Positions 1-10,840 of a DNA stretch of 64,000 nucleotides are shown in pieces. Within the stretch, counting starts at the first letter, position 1. Every line of letters begins with the position of its first letter. Made by a program: the position numbers and the translations under genes. The notes under the pieces are model-generated. The model did no database searches and was not told the DNA's origin. It saw nothing but the letters and a program-made list of their open reading frames with translations. The stretch comes from an uncultured virus (IMG/VR IMGVR_UViG_3300006620_000021) (Duplodnaviria > Heunggongvirae > Uroviricota > Caudoviricetes): IMG/VR virus record IMGVR_UViG_3300006620_000021. One strand, written 5' to 3'.

Positions 1-1
1 G

Positions 2-3000
2 TAGTGAATCATCATTTGCAAATGTAACTGCAAATCCAACAGTAACTTTTTTGGTTATATTGTTAAATGTAACTGTTTCAATTCTAATACCATTAGGGTT
101 ATTTACTGGTAAGATTTTTGGAGTTACGTTGTATAGACCAGTAGTGTTTCTAACGATAGTTACATCAGTATCACCAATATCATATGTTAGTTTAACCTCA
201 CTATTCAATCTTCCAGTAAAACCATCAAGAACAACTAACTGTGGAGGAATAAAGTAATTTGTACCTGGATTGATAATTTTGATAACTTCTAACTTAGACA
301 GAGGTTCAATTTTGTAAGTATATGGGAATTGTGCAGATGGACGTAAAGTTTTATCTGATGGATAATCAAATCCAATATCAGTTAAAACTACATCATCAAC
401 TCGCCCAATAGTTCTACTTTCAGGCAAGAAAATTGCATTCGTTCCAGCAATACTAACAACTTCTTTTACATATGGCAGCTTTCTATATCCTCTACCTATA
501 GAGTCGATGCTAACCTCTTCTACTGGACCAATAGCGTTAGAAGAACTTGATTTATATGCTAATAATGCCTCAGTGTTACTATATCCTTCTCTCTCTGGAG
601 TTTCATCAAGAGTGTAATTATACGTGTTTGTAGTTACGCCAGTAATACTAGCTGTAATGGTATACTTACTCTTAACAATTGATAACTTGTTACTATTAAC
701 AATATTAAACTTATCCGATAATATTTCAAGTTTAGACTGAGCAGCACCATTATATCTAATTGGAACTAAGTTGTAATATAATTCATCGGGCATGTTATCA
801 TCGATGATCAACTCAAGGTTTGCATCTGGTTGTAAACCGATATCGCCAAATGTTGATACGTTAAAATTATTATTTTCAATTTTGTCATCCGTAATATAAA
901 ATTCCGTTGTCAGATCGGCATCAGTGTATATACGGAATTGGAATGCTGGTAGTGAATTTGCAGATAAGGAAGGATCAGACAGATCGAATCTAATTGTAGA
1001 ATTTCTAGTACCTAACAACTCTGGATTAATTGGAGAGAGTGTACCAGAAGACTGTGTTTGAATGTCAATTATTTGTACTTCATCACTAGATGATATAACA
1101 TCATAGTAGAAGTTGGAGAGTTGAATAGTATTATCATCAAGAACAATCACATAGTACAATGTACCATTAGACAATCCTTGAGGAGCAGCAGGACCAGATA
1201 ATACAACCTTTTGTCCATTGACAAATCCATGCTGAGTTATCTTAATAGTATTCTCTTCTACAGATACATCAGCATCGACAAAGTTTTTTGGATTTGCAAT
1301 CATCCTACGATTAATATCATCGTAAGCAATTACAACCGAAGTTTGAACACCTGATACTACTTCAAAAGTAATGTCATCATTATCTTGTAGACCATGGTCA
1401 ACCTTTGTTGTTACAGTGGCAACTTTCTTTTGAACATCAGCTTTGATAATAGACGTTTGATTAGTCTCAAAACTATTAGTTTCTGCATTACCATAATCAA
1501 TTAGATCAAATAGTGCTATAGGTGCTGATCCAATACCAGTAAATCCACCTGTGCTACCCACTCCAACAGGAGCTGTTGAAATACCAATAATGTCTGATGA
1601 GAACCTAGCAACATATACATTATCACCATCTTCTAATCTATAATCTGTTACTCCCGTTGATACCTTAATACCATCCTTTCCACTTTCTACTCTGTAAGTT
1701 ATCAAATCATTAGTGTCAAGAGCATGATTTGGTATGTAAAGTCTATGTGTACCTGGAGAAACTATTTTTCTTTCACTTGGTGCAGCATTATCAATAAATC
1801 TAAGTCCAGATTCGCCTACACCCTTAACAATAGCAGATCCTTGAGTGGAATAGTATGTGCTTCTAACAGATCCCAACTCTATCTGTGCTCCCCAAACGTA
1901 AATTGTTGGAGTAGTGAACATTGGCGCTGATTGTGGTCCAAAAGAACCAATTCTCAGTGTGTGAGCTCCTGCACTGGTAGTTGGAGAGAAAGAATATCTC
2001 TGCCAATCTTTGGATAGAGTAACTTGTGTTTTATGATATGTTAAACCGTCCTCAAGGATAATAAAAGTAGTTTCTCCACCAAGTTCTCCTCTTAAAAATA
2101 CTGATACAGTATAGATATCGGCGGACAATCCTGTGGAGGCAAACCGAATACCAAATCCATCAGTCACTGCTGTAGTTGATGCAAAAGATACTTTTGCTGC
2201 TTCTAAAGCACCATCTGGAGATTTGGTAGCGAAGTATTCAACAAGTCCTGTTCCAACACCAACTGTATAATAATCCCATGCAGTTTGAAGTGATGGTGGA
2301 ATTGGATCTGACCAAGTAATTAAGTTTTCTGATGGTGGAGTAACCGCTTGTCTTGGATCAAAGTGAACTTCACGATCTAAACGATATTGTGTTGCTGTTG
2401 TGAATCCACTGTTAATTACAAGTCTTCTTGGATTTTCTTGTAAAGCAGATCCAGCGATATGTGCGGAAGATACATTATTGATACTTCTTCTTATTGTTAC
2501 TTGAGCATCGTCTGGATTTAATCTGAGAAGTTTTACAACTTCATCATTAACCAAATACAAATCATTTACGTCCGCTGTTGGGAAACTTAAGTTACCTATG
2601 ACAGAAATATTTGTAATAATGCCAGTTTGGGATACGTCACCAATATCCTCACTCAAAGTTAAAATATTAGTAGATACACCAATTGTATACTTTCCAGCAA
2701 GTTCTGTAGAAAGAATATTGACATTTTCTACAGTAACTACGTTACCTGAAGAGAATCCATGAGATGTACTGCCAAATCCAACAAATCTACCCTCAACACC
2801 AAAGGGTAAAAACTGAACATCCTTTAAATTTTCTCTACTAAATCCAATACTTTCTACTTCCTTACCTTTGATAGCAGATATTCTAGCAAATGCTCCAGAA
2901 CCACCTGTACCAGCACTTTCAAAGAATACACTATCACTGATAGTATAATTATCTCCAGGGTTGACGATAAACAATCCAGTTACTCCACCTGGAGTAGCAG

Positions 3001-6000
3001 TATCTACTTCGGTAAATCCTTCTGAGAAAGAGTCTGGTTGAATAAACCCAGTGTATGAAGTCTTATCGTTAAGAAGTCCGAGGTTACCAGTATATCTTAT
3101 CCAATCTTGATCATTGATATTAACAAATTCTAAAGTATTTCTTTGATCAAAATTCCAATCAATAATTCTATTTTTAAATGTGGGTCCAACTACATATGGG
3201 AATACTGGTTTTAAGAAACTGTTAAATGGACCACTAGAATCTGGAATAGAGTTAACAGTGCAGAAATATGCATATGTTCCTTGAGGAAAATCTGGGGTTT
3301 TACAGAATCTACCATTATGGAAATCTAAATCTCCATCACCAACAAACTTATAATCTTCAATAAAGATACCAGGAGCAAAATTTGTCGTAGATGGTCTAAC
3401 TGGATCAATATCCAATACCCAACTACTTTTTAGTCTTCTTACCACACCACCTTCTTGAGTTGCATATCCGTATGGTCCATAAATTGGATTACCGTCATAT
3501 GCCCACCCTATAATTGGAGAGTGATACTTCAATCCGTTACTAGCAAGATCATTATCAATATCATCTCTGTAAATAATATTTCCATCAGCATCGATAGATG
3601 TTGACAGTAACTTTCTTCTTAACTCTCTTCCTGCATACGAATGTGTGTATTGTAAACCACCATCAACTGTCAATGCTGGAATTAAAATACCATCATCAAC
3701 ATTGATTTTTTCGGATTGGAATGTTCTTTCTAAATTGTTGATTGTAAAGGTTTTTATACGCGCATCAAATTTTGCTCCAGATCCAGTAGGAACAACCTCA
3801 ACGAACGTATTTGTGCTATTGTATCCAGAACCATTATCAAGAATGATGGTGTCTATAATTTTACCATCTTTGATAACAGGTACGACAAGAGCTCCTGATC
3901 CATCACCAAGTACTCTAATTTCTGGAGGAGAATTATAACCAGATCCACTGTTATTGATAATAATATCGAGCAACCCACCATTGATAGTGACAATGGGGGT
4001 CATCTGTGCATCGACACCAGATTGTAATCTAAATTCTGGTTGACGATTGTAATTTAAAATTTCCTCAGATCCATAGTTACTTCCATTAGCACTCAAAGAT
4101 ACTGAGAAAATTTCTCCAGTAAATACTGGTTGTATTTTTGCATCAAAATCTTGAGATGATGTTGTGGTAATACCAAGAGGAGCTTCTAATTTTACAATAA
4201 TCGGTTTATACTTAATAGTATGTTGTCCAGTGCCTCCATCACTAAAATCAATAAATCTATTATTGATATAATTAAAATCTTCTTCTATGCTAGATCCAAC
4301 GCTAACCAAAACTCGTTCAGATAATCTAAACTCGTCTTTATTAATTACTTTTACATAATATTCTTTATCTGAAGATATACCTGCTGGTAATACTGTATCA
4401 GTATCTAAGATAACTATTTCCCTATCAGCATATCCATGATCTAGTGATTCAATTTTATTATCAAATATGTTAACTTGAGTTGGACGGATGAAGATCGTCT
4501 TATTGGTGTATCCACTACCACCTTCAGTAACCTCAACTGATCCAACTACACTCTTTTTATCAAAAGATACTATTCTTTGAAGTCCGTCGCCATAAGAAGA
4601 AAATCCTACAGTATTAATGCCAATAATAGCATCTTCAAAAGTGTTGTGTAATTTTACAGTTTCATCATCAATTTTTTGTATGAAGTAAATTGAATTATTA
4701 ACAAGACCTTCAATACCTAACTGATCATCAGTTTTATAAACTACTTTTTCAAAATCTCTGAACTTGTGGAATGTACCAAATCCAATAGAATCATTATCTA
4801 CGCTAACATTTTGATATAAACTACCTGCGTTAAATGTTCTTTGGTGAGTTATTTTTGTCAACTTACATTTTGCTACCGCACCCGTTCCATTACCACCAGA
4901 AATAGTAATTTTAGGTTCTTCAATATAATCAAATCCTTTGTCAATGACATTTATTCTTGCCAAAGATCCCTTGACATTACAAACGCCTGCCGCACCTGTT
5001 CCAATTCCACTAGTCGTTGCTGTAGAATCTTCATTGTCCACAATCTCTAAAATTGGTGGATTGATAACATCATAATTACTATCACCAGGAGATGATACAA
5101 TAACCGATTCTATGGGTCCATTGTATAAAATATCTGATGATTTGTAAGAACTTACTTCTACACCATTCAAGAACATTCCAATTCCACCTGGAGAGATTGG
5201 AATATCCTTTTCATCCAAAGACTTGGGAACTGGTGATTTAAACTTCCTTATAAGACCTTGGGAACGTAACTGCAATCCTTTGTTACGTAAAAGTTCTAAT
5301 TTGTTATTAGTGACTGTTCCGAATACACTAATAAAAAGACCACTTCTAATATTTGCTCTACTGGTTGCAAGTCTAATCGTAGATGCATTGAGTTTGTATA
5401 TAAAATATTGACCTTCTGCAATATTCAATCCAAAATTATTATTATAACTGTAAAAAACAGAATCTCCAGTTATAAATGCGTTTGTTCCAATACTAATATC
5501 CTTCCCAGCAAACTGTCCACTAAAAGTTACAGAGAGGTCTTCTGAGTTTATTGGAGTATTATAGTAATCAGGTATTGATGGTGATACTACATAAGCACAC
5601 TCTTCATTATTTTCATTAGAAATATATACATTTTGAACATTGGCAGATACAGATGCTAAGTAGGGGTTTGATGTTGAACTTGCTTTTGCAATACCCTTCC
5701 GCACACTATACTTTACAGTTGTAGTGTTGATCTGCGTAGTTAAGTTAATATCAAATACATTTTTATCAGAAACCGCAATTACAAAAATATCATATTGAGT
5801 TCCATCGGATCCTGATACTGTTCCAATATCACCAAGAGTGAAGATATTATCATCAAAAGTTGTTACTCTATATTGTGCCGCACCATTCAGTTTTAATGCT
5901 ACCTGAACAATCGATTTAATTTCATATGATGGTGTACCATTAACGATCCAACTTGTGGTTCTTTTTAGTGAGCTATTTGCACCAAGAGAGATGATTTGAA

Positions 6001-7231
6001 TCTCATCCTTGTCTTCATAATAATATGAATCTTCTTTAGCGAAGTTTAATTGACCTAAAACTCCAGTAATTTTTACTCTAATCTGACTTCCAAAATCATC
6101 AATTGCATATGCAAAGTCTGGAGTTGTAATATCAGTGTTTAGATTGAGGGGAACTGGAGATTCTAGACCAAAGAATTGAGTTGAACTCTTGTATTCATAT
6201 GGAATCTCATATCTAACTCCATTATCAAAAACAACTAAATCTCCAGATGGTTGAAAACTTAAAGTCGAGTCAACATCAAGATATGTCTGTCCAGCACCAA
6301 CTGGATTGGTGATTTTTGTTTTTGGATGGACGGAAAATTCAAAAGTTTCTATTTCTGGGTTATAATCTAAACTTAATTTGAAATATTCTTTACCATCTCT
6401 AAATAAACTCTCAACATCTGTAATAGTTCCAGCTGCCTTTCTGATAACATCCGTCTCATCTTGGAAAAGAGTTCTATTTACCAAGTCTCCTGGATCACCA
6501 ACTAAAGATTCAATCACCAAATCTCTAGTAATCCTGTAATCAGCATCAGATGCTTGAATTACAAAATCTCTAGGTTTAACAACAGATACACCACTACCCC
6601 AAAGCAACTTAAATAGAACATCAAATGAACTATTGGCTCCTTTTGAGTTATAAAAATCTTTTAACTTAGAAACAACAATTTTTTCGTTAATTTCTTCGTA
6701 AAAATCTAGATTATCGAATCCTGGGGCATATTGACGTTTATACTTTTTATATAATTCCGCTAAAAACAGAGCATTTAGGTTGAAAACAGTAGTTCCAGTG
6801 TTATGAAACTTCTTTGGAGACTTCTCGAATCCAACTGCTCTTGAATCATTGTCAAAATATGACGTAATTCCTGAAAATCCTCTTACACAATTGAGGAATT
6901 CATTTTCAGTAGTTCCTCTATAGTAAATTATCTCGCCATTAATTTGAATTAACGAATTTAACTTAGGAAATCCTTCAGTAGACTTAACTTGTACGGAATT
7001 TGTGGTAAATCCAATAGGTCCACTAGTTTCTGTACTAAAAGTGAGTTCAGATAAATTATTTAACTTTACATATTCATCAATATTGTTAATAATATCTAAA
7101 CTTCCACCAGGACTCTCTAGACCCCTGTAGTAGTCTTCCAAAAAGTTAACAAACTCTGGATAAGAATCTCTTACGTACTCAGGAAGTTGATCTGAGACTA
7201 AGTTGTAGATATTTACTCTTTCGTTGTTCAT
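2..7231 (-). CDS. Giant baseplate wedge protein (gp7-like), 3' end runs off the window
   Basis: ATG at 7231 (MNNERVNIYNLVSDQLPEYVRDSYPEFVNFLEDYY); the same frame is still open at the left edge; lies directly downstream of gp6; contains the HSPIIGWAYDGNPIYGPYGY and G-rich repeats typical of cyanomyovirus wedge proteins. Confidence 0.8.
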   Translation of the reverse strand, partial: MNNERVNIYNLVSDQLPEYVRDSYPEFVNFLEDYYRGLESPGGSLDIINNIDEYVKLNNLSELTFSTETSGPIGFTTNSVQVKSTEGFPKLNSLIQINGEIIYYRGTTENEFLNCVRGFSGITSYFDNDSRAVGFEKSPKKFHNTGTTVFNLNALFLAELYKKYKRQYAPGFDNLDFYEEINEKIVVSKLKDFYNSKGANSSFDVLFKLLWGSGVSVVKPRDFVIQASDADYRITRDLVIESLVGDPGDLVNRTLFQDETDVIRKAAGTITDVESLFRDGKEYFKLSLDYNPEIETFEFSVHPKTKITNPVGAGQTYLDVDSTLSFQPSGDLVVFDNGVRYEIPYEYKSSTQFFGLESPVPLNLNTDITTPDFAYAIDDFGSQIRVKITGVLGQLNFAKEDSYYYEDKDEIQIISLGANSSLKRTTSWIVNGTPSYEIKSIVQVALKLNGAAQYRVTTFDDNIFTLGDIGTVSGSDGTQYDIFVIAVSDKNVFDINLTTQINTTTVKYSVRKGIAKASSTSNPYLASVSANVQNVYISNENNEECAYVVSPSIPDYYNTPINSEDLSVTFSGQFAGKDISIGTNAFITGDSVFYSYNNNFGLNIAEGQYFIYKLNASTIRLATSRANIRSGLFISVFGTVTNNKLELLRNKGLQLRSQGLIRKFKSPVPKSLDEKDIPISPGGIGMFLNGVEVSSYKSSDILYNGPIESVIVSSPGDSNYDVINPPILEIVDNEDSTATTSGIGTGAAGVCNVKGSLARINVIDKGFDYIEEPKITISGGNGTGAVAKCKLTKITHQRTFNAGSLYQNVSVDNDSIGFGTFHKFRDFEKVVYKTDDQLGIEGLVNNSIYFIQKIDDETVKLHNTFEDAIIGINTVGFSSYGDGLQRIVSFDKKSVVGSVEVTEGGSGYTNKTIFIRPTQVNIFDNKIESLDHGYADREIVILDTDTVLPAGISSDKEYYVKVINKDEFRLSERVLVSVGSSIEEDFNYINNRFIDFSDGGTGQHTIKYKPIIVKLEAPLGITTTSSQDFDAKIQPVFTGEIFSVSLSANGSNYGSEEILNYNRQPEFRLQSGVDAQMTPIVTINGGLLDIIINNSGSGYNSPPEIRVLGDGSGALVVPVIKDGKIIDTIILDNGSGYNSTNTFVEVVPTGSGAKFDARIKTFTINNLERTFQSEKINVDDGILIPALTVDGGLQYTHSYAGRELRRKLLSTSIDADGNIIYRDDIDNDLASNGLKYHSPIIGWAYDGNPIYGPYGYATQEGGVVRRLKSSWVLDIDPVRPSTTNFAPGIFIEDYKFVGDGDLDFHNGRFCKTPDFPQGTYAYFCTVNSIPDSSGPFNSFLKPVFPYVVGPTFKNRIIDWNFDQRNTLEFVNINDQDWIRYTGNLGLLNDKTSYTGFIQPDSFSEGFTEVDTATPGGVTGLFIVNPGDNYTISDSVFFESAGTGGSGAFARISAIKGKEVESIGFSRENLKDVQFLPFGVEGRFVGFGSTSHGFSSGNVVTVENVNILSTELAGKYTIGVSTNILTLSEDIGDVSQTGIITNISVIGNLSFPTADVNDLYLVNDEVVKLLRLNPDDAQVTIRRSINNVSSAHIAGSALQENPRRLVINSGFTTATQYRLDREVHFDPRQAVTPPSENLITWSDPIPPSLQTAWDYYTVGVGTGLVEYFATKSPDGALEAAKVSFASTTAVTDGFGIRFASTGLSADIYTVSVFLRGELGGETTFIILEDGLTYHKTQVTLSKDWQRYSFSPTTSAGAHTLRIGSFGPQSAPMFTTPTIYVWGAQIELGSVRSTYYSTQGSAIVKGVGESGLRFIDNAAPSERKIVSPGTHRLYIPNHALDTNDLITYRVESGKDGIKVSTGVTDYRLEDGDNVYVARFSSDIIGISTAPVGVGSTGGFTGIGSAPIALFDLIDYGNAETNSFETNQTSIIKADVQKKVATVTTKVDHGLQDNDDITFEVVSGVQTSVVIAYDDINRRMIANPKNFVDADVSVEENTIKITQHGFVNGQKVVLSGPAAPQGLSNGTLYYVIVLDDNTIQLSNFYYDVISSSDEVQIIDIQTQSSGTLSPINPELLGTRNSTIRFDLSDPSLSANSLPAFQFRIYTDADLTTEFYITDDKIENNNFNVSTFGDIGLQPDANLELIIDDNMPDELYYNLVPIRYNGAAQSKLEILSDKFNIVNSNKLSIVKSKYTITASITGVTTNTYNYTLDETPEREGYSNTEALLAYKSSSSNAIGPVEEVSIDSIGRGYRKLPYVKEVVSIAGTNAIFLPESRTIGRVDDVVLTDIGFDYPSDKTLRPSAQFPYTYKIEPLSKLEVIKIINPGTNYFIPPQLVVLDGFTGRLNSEVKLTYDIGDTDVTIVRNTTGLYNVTPKILPVNNPNGIRIETVTFNNITKKVTVGFAVTFANDDSL

Positions 7232-7235
7232 ATTC

Positions 7236-9140
7236 CTAGAGTCTTATGTATTGTCCGTTAAGGTAGCTGGAAGAAGAGATGTATTGTGATCCAGATAGAT
7301 CGATTCCTGATTCAATTGTGTCAGATACCATCTGTATACTTGAAGATGATGTATCTAGTTGAAGGTAAAGATCCTGTAATCCAATAATGTCATTAGATTG
7401 TGATAAAGAAGATACTTCTATAACAGCATCTCCAAACTTTGTTTTAGCAGTTGCGACTATTTGTACAGCATTTATCTTTATTTCTCCTTTTTTGTAGTCG
7501 ATGGTTCCAATACTGTCACGAACAACAACTGGTTCTCCTGTAGAATCAAGTTTGAACAAGAACACTACACCAGTCTCAGTTGTAAGAGGTTCATCTGCCA
7601 TGTAAACAGTTCCTGTAACACCAGAAACTGAGAATCCACTAGTCTTTATGTTGTAACCACCAGCATTTTTGATATAGAATCTATTACCAAAACAAACTTC
7701 ATACTCCGAAGAATCATTTAAGGTAACTTTAAAGTCTCTCCTTATTGCAACGTTCGTAATATTGGAAGTGATTGCATTTGAAGAATCATCAATTAACTTC
7801 AAGAATTTACTGTATTTAAATCTAGAACCATATCTATTTAACTCATCAGATTTGGCGAAGGATTCCACATTTCTTTGAACTGCTGCCTTGACCTTTGAAC
7901 TATCCCCAAGGTTCTGGTTGTAGTATACGTTTGCTTGGTACTCAATATACAGATACTTTAGATCAATGAATTCTGGAATAATTCCAGCAACTGCATAATT
8001 CCTTAAGGTGGTTCTGATATTATCTTTTACAATATTTGGTAAGTAAGAACCATTTTTTGGTTTTACTGTAATAAAAACTTTTCCATATTTTGGTGGATCA
8101 AGTTCCTCTCCACCAAATACAGATACTGAATCTGTTTCTGGATATATTTGTGGAATCAATGCCTCATAATCTGATGCTGTAACCGCCCTGTTTTGTGACG
8201 CATAGACCCTAGGAGCGAGTTTTTTGATTGACTCTATAGATTCTATAGCAGCACCTTGTCCAGACGCTTCTAGGGTCGATACGAGGGGTGCTGTGACCTT
8301 TACTGGACTACCATTATTGTCGAAGAATCTTCCAGAAAATCTGAATGCATCAATGCCGTTTGCCTTCTCACCATTTGTAACGACATAATTGACAATGATA
8401 AAATTACCAGTCTTCAGTTTGCTTCCAAATGACCCATCACCAAATATTAACTCATATCTCTGATCTTCAATCTCATTGATAAAGAATACATCATCGGATG
8501 CTTTAACTGATGTTAAATTATTGGCAAATTTATATACTCTTGTTATATTACTATTCTTACTTTCTCTTACCTCTACCCTAATCAGATTTGTATCTATATT
8601 TGGATTTTGTAAGATAAATTTTTGGTTTTTATTATTGCTATCTACAGTAAATGTGTTTTGAACATAAGCACCCTCATATATCTCAACATTATCAAATGAT
8701 GCAAGACTTCCAGACACTGGAACTGTTACATCTTGAGGAATGGAGTACACATAACTACGACCACCAAAGCTAACCGTAGAGGTCGCTACAATGCCCCTAC
8801 GAAGCGTTACAGAGACTGGGTTGGTGGCAAAGGATGATAGATCAATATAGAAGGATATAGCGGCACTAGACGCTGTTACAGACCTGGGGAGATATCCAAG
8901 ATTTCTTGCTAGAGAGACTACATTCTCTCTTAAAGTTGCACCATCAAGGAACACCTCATTACTGAGCATGTTAGCATTGTAAGAACTAATATAAGTGTTA
9001 TATGCTAACGTGTCCAAAAGGACTGTAAAGTTAGATCCTTCAAAATCATAGTCAGTAAATTTGCCATCTGCCCGCAGATAACTCTTTATTGACTCCTTGA
9101 TTTCATTAAAATCTAGAGATGCTACGTTGACTAGTGACAT
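7236..9140 (-). CDS. gp6: Baseplate wedge subunit gp6
   Basis: LDFNEIKESIKSYL, DYDFEGSN, LAYNTY, QNRAVTASDY and PPKYGKVFITVKP motifs of T4 gp6. Confidence 0.95.
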   Translation of the reverse strand: MSLVNVASLDFNEIKESIKSYLRADGKFTDYDFEGSNFTVLLDTLAYNTYISSYNANMLSNEVFLDGATLRENVVSLARNLGYLPRSVTASSAAISFYIDLSSFATNPVSVTLRRGIVATSTVSFGGRSYVYSIPQDVTVPVSGSLASFDNVEIYEGAYVQNTFTVDSNNKNQKFILQNPNIDTNLIRVEVRESKNSNITRVYKFANNLTSVKASDDVFFINEIEDQRYELIFGDGSFGSKLKTGNFIIVNYVVTNGEKANGIDAFRFSGRFFDNNGSPVKVTAPLVSTLEASGQGAAIESIESIKKLAPRVYASQNRAVTASDYEALIPQIYPETDSVSVFGGEELDPPKYGKVFITVKPKNGSYLPNIVKDNIRTTLRNYAVAGIIPEFIDLKYLYIEYQANVYYNQNLGDSSKVKAAVQRNVESFAKSDELNRYGSRFKYSKFLKLIDDSSNAITSNITNVAIRRDFKVTLNDSSEYEVCFGNRFYIKNAGGYNIKTSGFSVSGVTGTVYMADEPLTTETGVVFLFKLDSTGEPVVVRDSIGTIDYKKGEIKINAVQIVATAKTKFGDAVIEVSSLSQSNDIIGLQDLYLQLDTSSSSIQMVSDTIESGIDLSGSQYISSSSYLNGQYIRL

Positions 9141-9542
9141 TTATCGTGACGGTAGTAATACAAATTGTAATTGTTGGGGTTGAACATCAATTCCAACTAT
9201 AAAATACTTAATCGTCACATCCATTTGCCCTTCGTCGTAATTTGGGATCACATTTATTTGATCTAATTCGACTCTAGGTTCATTTTCTCTAATTACAACT
9301 TCAATTTCATCCTTTAAACTCTTTGCAGTGAAGAAACTTATGTTCTCAAATAAGAGTCTATTGACAGCACAACCAAAATCGGGGTCAAAAGGTTTCTCAC
9401 CTTGGATAGTTAGAACTAAATTCTGAACTGACCTTGCGATAGCGTACTCATTCTTTAATACAATCAAGTCCCGCGTCAAAGGATTTCTCTTTAACGTGAG
9501 ACTTATGTCTTTAAAACCCCTACTTGTCCGATCAAGCGGCAT
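9141..9542 (-). CDS. gp25: Baseplate protein gp25
   Basis: FKDISL, SVQNLVLT..GEKPFDPDFGC and EPRV motifs; adjacent to gp6. Confidence 0.93.
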   Translation of the reverse strand: MPLDRTSRGFKDISLTLKRNPLTRDLIVLKNEYAIARSVQNLVLTIQGEKPFDPDFGCAVNRLLFENISFFTAKSLKDEIEVVIRENEPRVELDQINVIPNYDEGQMDVTIKYFIVGIDVQPQQLQFVLLPSR

Positions 9543-9572
9543 GATATTTATGAAAAAGTTTGCCTTATCACT

Positions 9573-9579
9573 TATTTAT
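9573..9579 (-). promoter_or_regulatory. T4-type late promoter (ATAAATA) upstream of gp25
   Basis: ATAAATA on the minus strand about 30 nt before the gp25 start. Confidence 0.6.
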
Positions 9580-9595
9580 CATACTTTTATCAAGA

Positions 9596-9772
9596 TTAGT
9601 CTTCTAGACGCTCAAGGTAGTTGTCTTGATTTGGATAAAGTCCATCTTTTCTCTTTGCACGACGCTGACGTGATGCCATATCAAGGTATTTGTCACTGTC
9701 AACTTCGGTAATTAGCGTCATTCCTTCTTGGATGAAGAGTTCTCCCTTATCGACTTTGTGATAATTGCCCAT
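9596..9772 (-). CDS. Hypothetical protein
   Basis: MGNYHKVDKG start preceded by AGGAG SD. Confidence 0.6.
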   Translation of the reverse strand: MGNYHKVDKGELFIQEGMTLITEVDSDKYLDMASRQRRAKRKDGLYPNQDNYLERLED

Positions 9773-9815
9773 TGTCTGCTCCTGATTCGTTAAATCAGAA
9801 CTTTTAGAGGGGTTG

Positions 9816-10505
9816 CTATCCCTGTTCGGCATTGAATTCATCATCATTTTCGAGTTTTTCTCTTTCTTTTGCGGTTTTCCAGAAATATTCGTCCTCACGA
9901 CCCATACCAAGTCGATCAAAACCGTTCTCAACACTGTAATATTCAGTTGAAACCTTGAAATCTGGCATTTTAGGGTCAACTGGAGTCAAACTGTTGTCAT
10001 AGATACGCATTCTATTGTTTGGATAGAGTGCATATTGACCATTATTCAACTCAATTAGGTTGTGAGACTTATGTTCGGCAGGATTTTCACTTGTTGCATA
10101 GTCAATCATATCACAATCTTGGTGATAGTTGTCTATTGTACAGATATATGTGCCTTTTTGTATCCCATGGTCTCTAGTATATAGTTCAAAGTCCATAGAA
10201 CCAATGAATTGTTTCTGAATTGATACAACTCCATAGTCCATACAGTTCCAAAACTGTAGATTGGGAAGATTCATATCAGGGTCTGGAGTTTTTGGTTCCG
10301 ATAGAAACGCGCTGATTGGCAATTTGTCATACATTGCGGCATATTCTGGAAGATATGTCTCAAAATAAAAAGCACGTCCAGGCATCGACTTACACGATAC
10401 CCAGACGCCCTTAACAAATTCGCCATGACCAAATTTATGGTCGGTAAGGTATTCTTTACGTACCCATACCTCAACAGCAGGAAGATTACAAATTAATGCT
10501 GCCAT
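9816..10505 (-). CDS. Conserved cyanophage hypothetical protein
   Basis: 229-aa ORF (LICNLP..VWVRKEYL, YDKLPISAF, YPNNR). Confidence 0.8.
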   Translation of the reverse strand: MAALICNLPAVEVWVRKEYLTDHKFGHGEFVKGVWVSCKSMPGRAFYFETYLPEYAAMYDKLPISAFLSEPKTPDPDMNLPNLQFWNCMDYGVVSIQKQFIGSMDFELYTRDHGIQKGTYICTIDNYHQDCDMIDYATSENPAEHKSHNLIELNNGQYALYPNNRMRIYDNSLTPVDPKMPDFKVSTEYYSVENGFDRLGMGREDEYFWKTAKEREKLENDDEFNAEQG

Positions 10506-10530
10506 AGCAATAGTTCTTAACTAATGCTAT

Positions 10531-10680
10531 TTACCCTCTTCCTTGTCCACGGTAACGCTTTTTAGCCGAGTTACGCGAGGTAGAGGCATATTTTGTGTGC
10601 TGTCCATTCCCCTGACGAGTTTTTTTCGGGGTGGACTCAACGAAAGCGGTGCCAAGCAGTGATTTTTTAATTTTTGCCAT
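10531..10680 (-). CDS. Small basic protein
   Basis: Translated by hand: MAKIKKSLLG...PKKTRQGNGQHTKY...KKRYRGQGRG. Confidence 0.7.
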   Translation of the reverse strand: MAKIKKSLLGTAFVESTPKKTRQGNGQHTKYASTSRNSAKKRYRGQGRG

Positions 10681-10682
10681 GA

Positions 10683-10835
10683 TTAATCAACGGGTTCTAG
10701 TTCTAGGTCAGAGGGGTTGAAGTCAGCACCTTCATAGTATTGCTGAGCAATATCTTGAAGGATTTCTGCTGCTTCTTCAAGGGGGACTTCAGAGTAAATC
10801 TTCCGTCCCTTACAAATAATGTTAACCTTTTGCAT
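10683..10835 (-). CDS. Small hypothetical protein
   Basis: MQKVNIICKGRKIYSEVPLEEAAEILQDIAQQYYEG; tightly packed between its neighbours. Confidence 0.65.
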   Translation of the reverse strand: MQKVNIICKGRKIYSEVPLEEAAEILQDIAQQYYEGADFNPSDLELEPVD

Positions 10836-10840
10836 AGGTC

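Noticed and set aside
51..5411. Short plus-strand ORFs in the first 7 kb
   Set aside because: The region is occupied by one long minus-strand baseplate ORF that the track missed because its stop lies outside the window
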